From NCBI GenBank assembly GCA_012295275.1, contig CM022673.1:27776001-27840000 (forward strand): DNA of 64,000 nucleotides, given 5' to 3'. Source of the stretch: Chrysomallon squamiferum (lineage: Eukaryota > Animalia > Mollusca). The position numbers were made by a program, and so were the translations under genes. Below, piece by piece: positions 1 through 21,556 of this stretch; position 1 is the first letter of the stretch, and each line of letters opens with the position of its first letter. The notes under the pieces are model-generated. The model worked only from the letters and a program-made list of their open reading frames with translations. It was not told the origin of the DNA and ran no database searches.

Positions 1-450
1 GTATGTGATATTATAATACAAATAATCTAACAATATGTCTATACATTTGTATTGTATATTATATATATGTTGTGATATATTTAATAATAATACATTACCT
101 TACTTTTTAAATATTTTTTTTTTCTTACCATTATCATATTTTTTTGTCAAGAACATCAACTGTACAAATGTCAAAGTAAAATAATTTCTGGTTTTATTAT
201 TCATATATTAACATTTGAAAAGATTTTTTAACATTTGTTTTTTTTTTACTTTTATTTATACATGCTATAGACCCACATTATAGACCTGCCTCCTAACATA
301 TTCATTTTAGTCACTCAACCAGAACAGTATTACAGTTTTAACACAAAGCTACACTATTTTATGATGTGAATGTGAACAGAGATGAACAGATAAACAGAAA
401 CAAACTTGACGTTTTTGTACCATGTTTATGTTTGACACTGTTTTTGACAG

Positions 451-2202
451 ATTTTGACCTGTGCAAGAGAAAAGGGTAAAAAGGTGAAGGTTGTTGGATA
501 TGGTCACTCCCCATCAGATCTGGCCTGTACTACCGACTATATGATTAGCCTAAAAAAATACAACAAAGTGTTAAAGGTGAGGTAAATAATAGGGAGGGGT
601 GAATGAGTGCTTGCATGTGTGTCCATCCATTAATTTGCATATTCTTTTATGCTGAAATTGCTTCTTTTTTTTTTTTTTTTTTATCAGTTTACAAATTACA
701 GTCCATAAGGGGTTTTTTTGTGTATTTTGTTGCTATTTTGTTATTGTTATTCTAATTATTATTTTTTTATTATTTTATTATTTTTTTTTTTTATTTATTA
801 ATTTTTTTTTGGAGTGTTTTTTTTTTTTTTTTTTTTTTTTTTTTTGACTGCAAATATATTTCGTTAAAAGCATTTAAGATGTAAAAAAATTTGATTTTAT
901 TTAAAATTTCAGATAGACAGAGAGAAGTGCCAAATAAAGGTCCAGGGTGGGTGCATGATCAAAGATCTGAACAATTTGGTTTTCCCAAAACACCAGCTTG
1001 CTTTTCCTGTGTGAGATAATTTAACATTCTTTTCTTGTCCAATAAAATAGATTTTAGAAACTTTAATATTTTTCTGATGCACAGTTTTCATATTCTCATT
1101 TCAGACAACAATTAGTTATGATTATGATTATTATTTTAACATTCTTTTCTTATGTTATAATAAAGAAATTTTTAAAACCTTAATATATTTCTGATGTACA
1201 GATTTCATATTCTCATTTCAGACCAAAATTAGTTATGATTATGATTATTATTTTTTTTAATTAATAAATATTTATCTAAGATATGAATAAAAATAAATAA
1301 ATAAAAATTTGCCATCATAGTACACTTTTTGAATTCCTACAAAAGCTGTATCCTGATCATTGCTTTCCGGTCTGTGGGAAGGTACACCTCAAATTTCTCA
1401 TTATGCTAAAACAGAACAAAAATAGCCCATTATGTGGTAGTATTGAATTTCCTCTCTCTTTTTTTATGTGGTCTTTAAACAGAAGATATTAATTTGATAA
1501 AACTGTTAAAACATTAGTTTGTTTACTAATGCTGTGTTGTTTATTTTCAGACTAGGTACAGTATCTGAGCTGACAATAGCTGGGGTTATATCAACAGGGA
1601 CACATGGCACTGGTGCAGATTATGGAGTCATGTCCACATTGGTAAGATTTGTTTTATAAACTTCTGGCTCTTTCTTTCTTTCTTTCTTTGTTTTCATTCT
1701 TAATCGAGTCAATAACTAGAGTTGGTAGTTCTGAAAACTGGAGTTATTTTTTTTTTGTAACATCTGATTCTCTCTGTGTCTCTTTTTCTTTTATGTATAT
1801 ATTCTGAGGCAAGTTAATGACTAAAGGTAACTGTCTGTAATCGGATCTGAAACTGTTATTGCTGCTGATGGATTTCACTGAAAACAAAATAGATCATAAT
1901 TACAAATAGTGTATGTATTCTTATCGTATGCTTTAGACAAAACATTTATCTTCTTTTTCAATGTATAGGTTTTGTCACTGGAGTTAATGACAGCTGACGG
2001 GGAGATTTTGGAAATCTCCAGAGAGAAGAATCCAGAACTTTTGCCTGCTGCTGTCCTGTCTCTGGGTTCACTTGGAATCATTCTCAATGTGACATTGCAG
2101 TGTGAACCAGCTTACAAGCTCCATCTTGTGCAGTACCCACTTAAACTGGATGATGTAAGCCACTCTTCATCTTTTTCATCTTCGACTTTTTTATATTTAA
2201 TG

Positions 2203-2245
<43 letters not shown>

Positions 2246-5200
2246 TACTATAGTTCTATTAATATTATAAATAATTTCTTTCCATCTTAACCAGACATCA
2301 TTTTGTTTCCTGTTTATAAATTACCAGATACATTTTTTTTTTTTTTTATTATTACGTCATCAAAATGAGATGTTTTAAACATTTTTCATTTGGCAAATAT
2401 CAGGCTATAAATGATGCCAATTTCTCAGACAACAGCTATTTGTGAATTATCTATAATTGTGTAGCCATAGGAATATTTGTTTAATATCACAATCCATTGA
2501 AAGTAAAACATATGTTCTTTATTAATTTTATTTACTTATACTTGTAGGTCTTGGAAAATCTCAATGAACATGTGAAAGCTTCAGATCATTTCCGATTTTT
2601 CTGGTTCCCTCATACTGATAATGCTATTTGTTACCACGCAAACAGAACAACAAAGGTAAACCATAATTTTCAAGCTGTCATACATCTTATTCTCTTTTGA
2701 AATTTGTTGGTAGCTGTCAAATATTCTTCAACACATATATAAAAGTGAAAATTATAAAAACTGTGTGTGTGTTAAAACTAAACATGCTGTTGCTTGTACC
2801 AGTCTAATAGAAATTTCATATTCTCCTTTTTATATACATTTATTTTTCAAATCATATATAAAAATCAGAAATTTAAAACTTGCATTTGGTATGAAGTTAC
2901 TTATATGCATATACATTGATTTATTTTGTTAGCAAAAATGTAAGTAAACAAGTTAGTTAAAATAATATATGAGAAAGATTTCCCTTTTTTTTTTGATAAG
3001 CATAGTATTAAAACAACACTTATAGTTAAAAATAAAATAATAGAAATGTAAGTGAATGAGAATATATATATTAATAATTGTGTTAGATAACTGACGATAT
3101 ATTTGTCAAATTAATTCAGAGATTTTATCGTGAATTACTTGTTAATGTTTAAACAGGATATTTTTGTGAAATCAAGCTGGATATGGGAGATGCTGATTGG
3201 ATACTATCTGTTACAGCTACTCTATTGGTTGAGGTACTGGTTGTATTTGTATACTCTAATAATAGATACTTGACATAATATTAGTTATATAATTATATCA
3301 AATAATTTATTACGAAAATATTCGTTATGACATGTTGCAGATTAATGATTTATTGTCTTGGCACAAATAAAGAAAAAAAAACCATGTTTGAATATTGTAT
3401 CTGAATATGATAAAAAATTCAGTTAAAATATATATAATCATTATACCAGCTACATGTCTTTGAATTATACATTCCAGAGAAAAAGATTTCCAAAATGATT
3501 ACTTTTATTCAGACATTATTGTTAAATAATTTTGCAATAGTCATAATTAAGTCATCTAATTCGTGCAGATGTGAGGGTGTATTAAAATATTTCTGTAGAT
3601 CTCGTGTTTATAAAACCTTTTGTTATCTAAATAGTTATATAATTTTTTTTTTTTAAATGACACATACATGAGCCAACAGATCAGCTTGAAATAGACCATA
3701 AATAAATGTAGTGAATGTATCTGCAGATTACAAAATGAACATATATTTTTATGATTCTACTTCTGTTTTTTTTTCCTTCTTGTTTTAGTACTTTTATTCC
3801 AAGCTTGGTCCCATTGGTGAATCGGATATTTTTCCATCTTGTGTACAATTCTCGCCAGGAGAGGATAGACAGAAGTGATCATATATTTAACTTCAACTGT
3901 CTCTTCAAGCAATATGTCATGGAATGGGCTATACCAAGGTAAATAGCAGATACCAGAGTGGGTTTAAACATTTTAAAGAGTAAATGTAACTATAAGAATG
4001 AAGAGCCAAAATGTGTTTTATGTTAAAATGTTCGATTTACTAATTTTCTGAAAAAACACAATATATATATATATAGATATGTATCTTTAAAAATCTTTCC
4101 ATGGGTTTAATCAATCCAGTTTTTAAACTTTTGTTTTTTAATTTTTTTCACCAACTGATTTTGACATAAAGTTTAGTCAGATTTGTTTTACTTTAAAACT
4201 AATTTATTTGTAGATCGATCAATCATTCATAGTTAACTTACTTATTTATTTAGGTAGATACTTATTTACTTAGTTATTAGTTTCATATTTATTACTTTAT
4301 TACCAGAGATAAGACAGCAGTGGTGATGTATGATCTGAGAAACTGGATCACTGAAAACAAGTTTCCAGCTCACTTCCCAGTGGAAGTGCGTTTTGTGAAG
4401 TCAGACAGTCTTTACCTTAGTCCAGCATACGGTCAGGATGCCTGCTTCATCAACATCATCATGTACAGGTATCTGTCCTTCAAATCAGCTTCTAAAGTCC
4501 ATTCTGAATTTGCAAAGGATATTTATCCTTCAAATCAGCTTCTAAAGTTTTTTTTCTTTTTTTTATTAACACACACAAAAACACAGAGAATTTAAATGCT
4601 ACTGAACATTTAGTTATTTCTGAATGAATTTACATATTAATTCTTTTCCATATTTAAAAAAAAAATAAATAAATAACCAGTAACAAAATTTTGTTCTGCA
4701 GACCATTTAACAAGTTTGTTGAAAATGAAGAGTACTGGGATGCCTTCCAGAAAATAGTCTCGCAAGTCGGTGGCAGGCCACACTGGGCAAAGGTAAAAGC
4801 ACACTTGTACTGTCAGTGTGTTTGCCTGTATTTTTCACAAATAACAATAAATTATTTTAATTTAGTTTCAGTGAGTGACAAATTAACATGCTAATCAGAG
4901 CAAGCTGTCATAAAGCATGCTTTTAAGTAATACAGGAATTAATTCATATAATACTATAGTATATACCAACAGTGCTAATACCACTGAAAAATTACATTTT
5001 AAAAATGTATTTGGTATGGTTCTACCTGACTATCTCTCTATCTCTCTCTCTTTTCTCACTCTGTTACTGTGTGTGTGTGTATGTGTATAAAATATAATTA
5101 TCCTTTGAATTTTAACAGTGTTAATGATTGGATGCAGTTTCTTAAAACCACCAGATACATGTATCATGTAATGAACTGAATAAGAAATCATATTTTAATC

Positions 5201-5493
5201 CTAGTAGTTTTTAAATTTATTTCTTTTTAAATTTTTATTGTTGTTAAATTGAATCAATATTGTAATACACATCAAATATAATTTTTTTTTTTTTTTTTTA
5301 ATTAAAAAAAAATAAAATTTGACAAATGTTACAGGATCACAAGTACAAGCGAGAGCACTTTGAGAAGTTGTATCCAAAGTTTGAAACATTCTGCAAAATT
5401 CGAGAGCAGCTGGATCCTCATGGAATGTTCCTGAATGCGAATCTTGAGAGAGTGTTTGGCAAAGGGTCATCATCAAACATTTTACAAGTCTGA
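451..5493 (+). CDS. GULO: L-gulonolactone oxidase, 5'-partial; exons 451-576, 913-1010, 1551-1641, 1969-2154, 2548-2655, 3157-3233, 3789-3938, 4307-4468, 4702-4792, 5335-5493
   Basis: Ten GT-AG exons join in frame (1248 nt). Translation has [14 protein letters not shown] (covalent-FAD His), [37 protein letters not shown] and LDPHGMFLN, ending at TGA 5491-5493. The N-terminal exon(s) lie upstream of the window. Confidence 0.95.
1061..1257 (+). repeat. Short (~120-bp period) tandem duplication in a GULO intron
   Basis: ttctgatg-acag-tttcatattctcatttcagac-aattagttatgattatgattattatttt occurs near 1070 and again near 1190. Confidence 0.8.
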
Positions 5494-6919
5494 AACCGTC
5501 AACAAATGGCACGGTTAAAGTAAAACTACATTTTATCTTACAGTTTAGAAACGTACATTTTTATCAAGTTTATGTACACATACGGCTCATCACATCAAAA
5601 TGAGGGTTTAAACTGCAAATTGTCATGCAAGCATATTTTTTAGTCTGAAAAAGACTACAAAAATAAATTATCTCATTGTTCCTTCAGAAAAAAAAAAATC
5701 ATGATTTTTTGTAATCCAGATGATGAAATTAGCCTCCTGATAAAAATGTCATGCAGTCAGTTTTTGAGTCCGAAAGGCTGCATAAATACATTATCATACT
5801 ATTTCTTAAGAAAGAAAAAAAAAAAAAAAGACCTGTTTCCAAAAGACTTTTCTGAATTACAGGTTGATGTTACTAGTCAAGTTAATGTTCCATGATTACC
5901 AACATTCAGTTAGGCCTATCGTACTACTTATGGATATGATGAAGAGAATGATTATAAAGAATTAAAATTAATATCTATTTAACTCATTCTCTCTAAAATG
6001 TGACTAAGCCTGATTTGATGTGTGCTGTCATGTAATAAATAGGGTCACATTAAAGATGCTAATACTTGTAGAACAGTTTCTTTTTTCAGTTTACATATAT
6101 GCAATGAATAGTGCTATTTTAATGTTGCATATTGTGTGTGTGTGTTAGTCTGCTGGTCTGTTCAGCAATGTCTTTACCAAATATTTTAATTTTACTGTCC
6201 ACAGCTGCCATTTTTATGTCTAGTTTGTCATTTAATACAAAGTGATTTTTTGAAAAAAATATAATCTGAAGAAAAGTATTATTTTTTTTATTATAGTTTA
6301 TATAAAATGTATTTTTTATTTTTTATTTTTAAATTATTAATGATTGTAAGAAATCATTGTTGTTATAATTTTACAAATGATGGTTTGTTATTTCCAAACT
6401 ACCAGATTTGATATAATGATGTTTTATATATAAAAAAGAACTCACCATGACTATTGATTATATGTGTGATGGATACTGCCAGTATAGGAAGTTGTAGAAC
6501 GTGTTTTTTAACATTATTACTTTGTGGAATTTACCAAACAAATTACAAACAGTGAAACACTTCAAAAATAAACATTTGATTTTTGAGAAATATTTGTAAT
6601 TTTTGTTTTGTCTTCCCATTTGCATAGAAGTATTGTGTTTTTCTGAAATCCACAGATTACATAATGATCACACTAGTTATGATTCAGATGAAGAAATGTT
6701 TTATAACTATTACTTACTATTATTTTTGATTGTTTTATTAAGAAAATATTAAGAAATGTTTTATAACTATTATTTTTGGTGTTTTTTTGTTCTGATATAT
6801 CTGAATAGAATATTTTTGTTTTTGTTTCTTTTAAAAGTGTTTTATATCTGATATAGTGGAAGAAGAAGATCAACAAATTGTATATTCTTTTAAGAAAAAT
6901 ATAAAAACATATTTTTGTT

Positions 6920-7930
6920 GTTTTTGTCTGTTGAAAATATTGTATTTAATTCTACTCATTTATTATTTTAATTTTATCTAATACAGCAATTTTTGGTGAA
7001 TTTTAACTGTTTGTCAAAATTTCAAACTGCCAAAATTTCAATCTTAATATATCTGTGTTATATTAATTTATGCAAAGCACTTTATAATTTTATGAGTGTT
7101 GCTGAACAGAATATATTTCATGTTAAAATTAGTAATGGCTTTATATGTCTCTGAATATTTGTGAAAATAATCGGGTAAATGCTTGCCAAAGATACACATT
7201 CTTTTTGTTGTTGTTGTTGTTGTTAAATGCTTGTAAATACAAAGTAAATGTTGCAGAGGTAAATCAAAATAAAAACTGATTATAAAATGTTAATATTAAC
7301 CATGAGATATAATGCCAAATTTGGAGAGGATGGAAATGGATAATAATAGATCCATAAAAGGTTATTAAATTCAAATTCCATTTTAATATAGTCTAATAAA
7401 TACTGTTACATGTAATCTCAATTTTTTTTTATTAATATTTTTTTTATTGTTTTTGTTTGTTGAAAATAGTTTTTAATTCTACTTATTTATTTTTTTTAAT
7501 TTATGTAATTTTGGATGAATTTTAACTATGTTTGAAATTTTGACAGTCTTAATATAATCATGTGTTACATTTTATAAATATTAATTCATGCAGATGCACC
7601 TTATATTTTATGAGCATTGTGATCAGGATATATTTCATGTTAAAATTAGTAATAGCTTTATATGTGTCTCTTAATTTTGTGAAAATGATTAAATAAATGC
7701 TTGCCAAAGACTCACATTCTTTTTGTTGTTGTTGTTTTTAAATGCTTGTAAATACAAAGCAAATGTTACAGAGGTAAATCAAGATAAAAACTGATTATAA
7801 AATGTTAATATTAACCATTAGATATAATGCCTGCAGAGGATGGAAATGGATAATAATGCATCCATAAAAGGTTATTAAAATAAAAATTCATCTTTTAATA
7901 TATTGTCTAATAATTAATATTACTGTTATA
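6920..7930 (+). repeat. ~520-bp diverged tandem duplication between the GULO and TTLL1 3' ends
   Basis: Blocks such as atatttcatgttaaaattagtaat, aaatgcttgccaaaga, aaaactgattataaaatgttaatattaacca and tccataaaaggttattaaa each occur twice, ~510-530 bp apart. Confidence 0.85.
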
Positions 7931-8394
7931 TAAGATAGTTATTAGTTAAAATGATAATCTCAGGTTATTTCATTACCATTTTTCTATTGTGACCTGAAAC
8001 AAAGAAAGCATCATTATAAACAGTAGAATATTAATTAAATTTATCGGAGAAGAAATAAGCAAAACTGACTTTTACATTTAAAATTATTTAAATTGCCTCA
8101 TAATTCTGGATGATCACTTATACTTTGAAATGTGATAATTGTTAATGTACACCATGACAGTCACAAACTGAGTAGTACATTAACAAAGATAATGTTTGTT
8201 TTGCTGGGAGGTTTTCTCTTCTTGTGTTTATTGTTATCACTTCAGAAATCTGTCCACACAGCTGCTTGATTTTTAATGACTTTTTCAACTGGGTATCCAG
8301 AATATCATATCTGATTCCATTCTGATATGATGCTGTTGCAGCTCTTTTAAAAATTCTTTTCCAGAACTGGAAAGTTATAAACTGTTGAAGAATG

Positions 8395-15933
<7,539 letters not shown>

Positions 15934-16099
15934 CCCAACACTTCTCAAGAATAAGTTAACAAAGAAAATTAAAATAAATAAATAAATAAATAATTTAATA
16001 TAAAAAAAATTACAATAATTAAGATATATTGCTTGTGTAATGAATAGATAATTTGTCTTCCTATTTTCTTTTCTTTATTTCATTTTATTATTATTATTA

Positions 16100-16164
<65 letters not shown>

Positions 16165-17039
16165 TCGTTTTTCATTTGCATGTAAAATAAAAACAAAATT
16201 ACAAATTTAAATATTTAACTTGCAGTGTCACTGAAAAATAAAGTCTTGACATTTCTACATATTACTGAGAGGTATATAAATATATAATTTGATAAAACAT
16301 CTGTTCTTACCGAAATTAGGTAAAAACGACAATGTGAGAAAGCATACTATTATCCTTTAAGTAAACCTCAACACTTTGGGATCTTTAGGATAACTAAGAC
16401 TTCTGAATAAGTTTATACAATACTGTAATTATGTTCATGTTGTATATTAACTTTCCTTTAAAATAATGCCAGTCAATACGTATTTAGTTAAACTAAAGCG
16501 AATGAGGGTGCAGCGCTACAGTCTACATGAAACTTGAAAGCTGATAGAAGTAAAGTAGCCGTTTCGATAAATACCTACGATATTAATAATTAACATATTA
16601 TGAAATTCAGAAAAATTCTTGTTTTCAATATTCTCATTATTATTTTTTATATACGTATTTATTTATTTAATTTTATATTTTTAAAATATTGAACTACAAA
16701 TAACTCAAAAGAAACTTCGTTTTAAATTAAGTCTACGACTTCGGAATGTTAGCCAAGATGTTCATTGTAAAATTAAATTTATAATTTTATTTATTATTAT
16801 AAAATATAATTAAAAAAAATTATAATTATAATTAATGTTATTTGTATATATATTCTGAAAACTGTTATGTAAAATATATATTTATTTACATATTTATTGA
16901 AATACTAAACTAAAACGGATGGCTATTTCCACTGACATGCTTATTTTAACTGCAGTGTGATTCGGTGGTTTCCGGAATAATCATTACCGAAAATAGCAAC
17001 TTACAGCCACATTGTCGGAAACAGCACAGACGGTTCCAA
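15934..17039. promoter_or_regulatory. Putative bidirectional promoter/5'-UTR region shared by TTLL1 and TMEM41B
   Basis: Divergent start codons are ~1.1 kb apart. CpG is locally enriched, with ETS-like ttccggaa/cggaa motifs around 16960-17030. Transcription starts cannot be determined. Confidence 0.5.
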
Positions 17040-20000
17040 ATGGATGGTGATTTAAGCCAGTGTGACACTAAGTACAGAGGTGCTACTGTTTCAGGTAATT
17101 TTTAAAAATATATATAGTGTAAAGGAAAATTCTTTGGGCTTACGGTAAAAAAAAGAAAGAGAAAAAGACCGTAAATAAGTTATATGGTTATTCATTATAT
17201 CTCATTCATGATTAACTAAGTTATTACGTTCCGTTATTGATTACAATTTACAGATTATTATCATTACCTTTATTTTTTTTTAACTTGACTTCCGTTCGAT
17301 AAGATACAGTGAAATTGTACTTCCGAAATATTGTATTCTAAGTAACAAAAGTGTTGTTTTGACCTGTATAATAAACGCTGAACTGAATCAGAAATGATTA
17401 CTATTTTGTTGTGTTGAAGTAAAATCTACAATGAATCCCACCATCCGATTTTTTCCCCTTCATTTAATTTATTCTTTAAGATGTTTATCATTAATGTTTT
17501 ATAGTCGTCTACAGAAGTCACCAGTATGTGCAGTTTAGTTTTTATCTTGCAACTAATGGATAATGATAGTTTATCAAAATACGAAAGTAAACAGTACAAT
17601 TATTATTATTATTATTTACAAGAATAAACTAAAATTATAATAATAACAATAATTTGCTTGGTCACTGGTATTGTTAAAGTTAAAAAGTTATATTTTTACA
17701 TCTTAAAACCACAAAATTATATGAGTGTAAAATGCTGTTAACTGAAAATATTTATTAATTTAAAAAATAGCATATTGTAATTTGCTAATGATTTTTATAA
17801 TGTTATTTTAATTCAGGTGATAATCACAGTAACAGTGACATGACGTCTGAAACTTACACACAACTGAAAGAAAAAAATGATTCAGTCCAAAAGCAGAACC
17901 AAGAGAGTAATACTCGATCAATGATTATTGTTGGTGCAATATTTTTAGGATCATTAGTAACTCTAGGATTAGTATACTTGAGTTTTCCTCACTTAGACAA
18001 GTAAGTATTAAATATTTGTATTATTAACATTATTTTAATTTTATATATATATATATATATAATATATATATAGTGATAATATTTATATAACTAGAGACCT
18101 AATGTCAAAGCCTAATGTGTATCTTCCTATCAACCTTTGCAAATAATAAAGTATAAGTAAAAAAAATAGAAACAAGTTATTGTGCAGTATAAAAAAAGAA
18201 GAAAAAAAGGTTATTTGCTCACACTGCTCTATGTACATATAAAATAAACACAAGTATTCCACATGTTTACAAAGCTTCTTTGTTCTCTCAGAGAAAAAGA
18301 AAAACAAAATCTGCTGTGATATTCATAAATTAAGAAATAAGGCTGGTCTGGTAATAATGGTATTTAAAATACTAGTTTGGTTTCATAAAGAAAACTGTTT
18401 TGTTTTATTGTTGTCGTGAAAATATGAAAGAAAATTCACCATAGTATATGTTCATAGCTTGCCCATCACTGGAGGTCACTAGCAAGAGAGTTGTCTACCT
18501 TGCATCAAGATTTACTTTTAGAATAAATATTTAAAAAATTAAAAAATAAAACATTGTCACTGAAATAACAGTTTGTATAACAAGGAATGTTTTTTGGAAT
18601 TGCTTTGATCCAGAATATGGGGGGGGGGGATTGCAAGATACTTTTTATTTTATTGTCTATTTAGTATTTGTGCAGATGGATAAGTGGTAACCAATATATC
18701 ATTTTGCCTATTTCTCAGATACTAATCATAACAGTAAAAATATTTAACATAATGTTTTGTTCTTCTATAAATCAAGGATGTACTGTATGAGTATTTTCTT
18801 GATTTCATTTCTTACTTCAGTTTCTTATTCCTTTTTTTTTTCTTTTTTAAAAATATTTTTTACCTTTTTTTTATTATTATTTTTTTTTATCACAGGACAT
18901 TCATACATGTGTTATAACTGTTTTATTTCTGATTTAGAAATGAAGTCCAATACATCAGACTGCCTAAGAATATCGAAGATGCCAAGAATCTAGGAAGAGT
19001 TTTGTCCCATTACAAGGATAAATATTTTTATCGATTACTAGGAGGGTATTTTATGACTTATATATTGTATCCTTTTTCAAATAGTAGAAATTTAATAATA
19101 CAGATAAACCAAAATAAAATAAAAAAAAGCAAAAATAAACGTTTTTAGAAACATTATATTTATAAAAATATTTACTTTGAAATTAAGAAAGCAACAAGTA
19201 TCTTTATTTTTGTTTAAAAAGAAATAAAAAACCCAACACTTTGTTGTTTTTATAATCTATTAATTTTTTTTGTCAAGATACTTAGTACTTCATCAAATAA
19301 TTACTAAATCTATTATATTTTATTTTAATATAACAATGATCGTTTTGACCTGAATATTTAAAATAAACTATTAACACTTTTTGTTAACTCAGAAATAAAT
19401 AATGAGTTTGAATATTACTGAACTGCTTTTTGCATTTAAATTTAAAAACATGGTTATATAGCATATTAAGCAGATAACATTTTTCTTAATTCTGATTCAG
19501 TTTGCAATCATTTGCAATACCTGGTTCCATTTTTCTCAGTATCATATCAGGGTTTTTGTATCCCAACTATTTAGCTTTGTTCCTTGTTTGTTTGGTAAGT
19601 CTATTTTTTATTTTTATTAAGAAGTAAAGTTGCATGACTTTTTTACTTATTATTATTATTATTATTATTTATCTTTTTGCATGAAATGAAGAGTTTAGTC
19701 ACATATCATCAGAGAATTATATATTGTATATGTATGTTTATAACGTAATAAGAAAAATATGAACAAAATTAAAATAATCTTTTCTTCTTTTCTGTGGTCT
19801 ATACCATCACTAATCAGTTTCTAATTTGTAAATATATTTTTTTTAAACTGCATTTTCAAATCATGAAAAAGTTATTTTTGTTTATATATATTTTTTTTTG
19901 GTTGCTCTGAATAAAAGTGCAGTGAACATAATTCTTTTTCTTTTTTCTTTGTTTTTGTTTTTAGTGTTCTGCTCTAGGTGCCTCTGTTTGTTATCTTTTG

Positions 20001-21452
20001 TCCTACCTGGTTGGAAGGAGACTTGTTAAGAAGTACATACCTGATAGAGTAACAAAGTGGCAAATGCATGTAAGATTGTGCATCATTGATTAACCTGCAT
20101 TGTTCAGGAAAATAGTGTTACAGAATATTTCGTAACAGGATTTATGAAAATCATTAAATGTTTTATTGAATCACTCATACAGATTAATCATGTTTATTGT
20201 CTGTGTAAAGGATTAACATAATTTTTTTGTAATAATGAAAACAATTTCTTGACGTCGTAAATGGTTTAAAGGATATATATATATGTGTGTGTGTGTATAC
20301 ATACTTTTAAATTATTATTATTGCTATTATTATCATAAGTAAATTATAATTTGTACATTATTCTTAAATTGTCTTATTCTTGCCAAAACAGTTCAATAAA
20401 TAGTTAATATAATAATAATAATAATAAAATAAAATTAAATGAAAAATGTTATAAGAATGAAAATTAATTGAATTGAATAGTTATCATAAAAGCTGTTCAT
20501 AATTACCAGAAATTTGAAGATATTTAAAGTTAATTATTAGACAAATAACAAATTTCGTTCCTTTTTTTTTTTTTTTTTTCTCTGCAGGTTGAAAACCACA
20601 GAGATCATTTACTGAACTACATCATCTTTCTGAGAATTACACCATTTCTTCCAAACTGGTTTATCAACATCTCTTCACCTGTTATCAACGTTCCTCTCAC
20701 TACTTTTTTCCTTGGAACATTTATAGGTTTGTATCTCCTAACAAACTAATTCTGGAACAGATAGCACTCTCACCACCAACTAAATACCATTTTCATTTCA
20801 GTGAACATTTTTAATTCAGTATTTAATGTTTCTGAAGAGGCATGGCAAAGATATCTAGCTGCTTAACAAAAATACTTTTTAGAACAATATGTGGATAGCA
20901 GAAATATCTTCCCTCATTTTAATTATTTTTATTCTTTTAAAAAAAAAAAAAAATGTTTGATCGTCAAATCACTGTTAATGTTAAAATGTTGAAGTGTAGT
21001 TTAGTGAATATTAATGCTTTAAAATGCTTGGGATGTGTAATGCAGATCCACAATATCCTAGAGAGAACACTAATATTAATAAAAATCACCTAATCACAAG
21101 TTAAATTACTATACTGTAATTTTTTTTTTTTTAATTTTTATTTTTTTAACTTATGATTAATGATCGTCTTATTTTCTATCTGCTGTTTTTAATTCTTAAT
21201 GACATCCTTGATAAAGATAAGAAATTTTATTGAAGTTCTTTTTAAAATAATTTTTTTTTTTTTTTCTCTCTCTTTTATTCAGGTGTTGCTCCACCTTCAT
21301 TTGTTGCAATTCAGGCTGGTACAACGTTGTACCAGTTGACATCATCTGGCGATGCTGTATCTTGGACATCCATGTTGGTACTAGGTGTCCTTGCAATACT
21401 TTCACTGCTTCCAGTTATCTTCAAGAAGAAGTTACAGCAGAAATTCGATTGA
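17040..21452 (+). CDS. TMEM41B: Transmembrane protein 41B / stasimon (DedA/VTT-domain ER scramblase), 291 aa; exons 17040-17094, 17817-18000, 18938-19066, 19501-19594, 19965-20069, 20588-20726, 21283-21452
   Basis: Seven exons give 876 nt in frame: LPKNIEDAKNLGRVLSHYKD, YIFLQSFAIPGSIFLSIISGFLY, LNYIIFLRITPFLPNWFINISSPVI, GVAPPSFVAIQAGTTLYQL, ending KKKLQQKFD*. Exon 1 (ATG 17040) is inferred from frame continuity; an alternative start is ATG 17840. Confidence 0.95.
19067..19500 (+). other. U12-type (minor spliceosome) GT-AG intron, intron 3 of TMEM41B
   Basis: The donor GTATCCTTTT matches the U12 consensus. A branch-site-like TTTTCTTAAT at 19481-19490 lies ~10 nt before the AG, and the frame is kept across the junction (YIF|LQSF). 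Confidence 0.9.
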
Positions 21453-21556
21453 CCAGTTTTCATTGTTTAGTTGCTTATTATTATTTTAATTTAGTAGGAT
21501 TTCTTTTTATTTTTGGTTTTAAATTTATTATTATTATTATAATTTTTTTAAATTAA

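Noticed and set aside
270-360. Possible upstream GULO exon
   Set aside because: No frame resembles the expected N-terminal NWA-x-T-Y/F segment, so the first exons are probably outside the window.
4469-4548. GULO intron donor GTATCT as a possible U12 site, with a 23-bp direct repeat
   Set aside because: It does not match GTATCCTT, and the intron has an ordinary U2-type acceptor; the repeat is a trivial local duplication.
5201-5512. Antisense ORF over the last GULO exon (likewise 909-1091, 1875-2087, 21196-21405, 38796-38984, 48390-48578)
   Set aside because: Shadow frames of real exons on the opposite strand.
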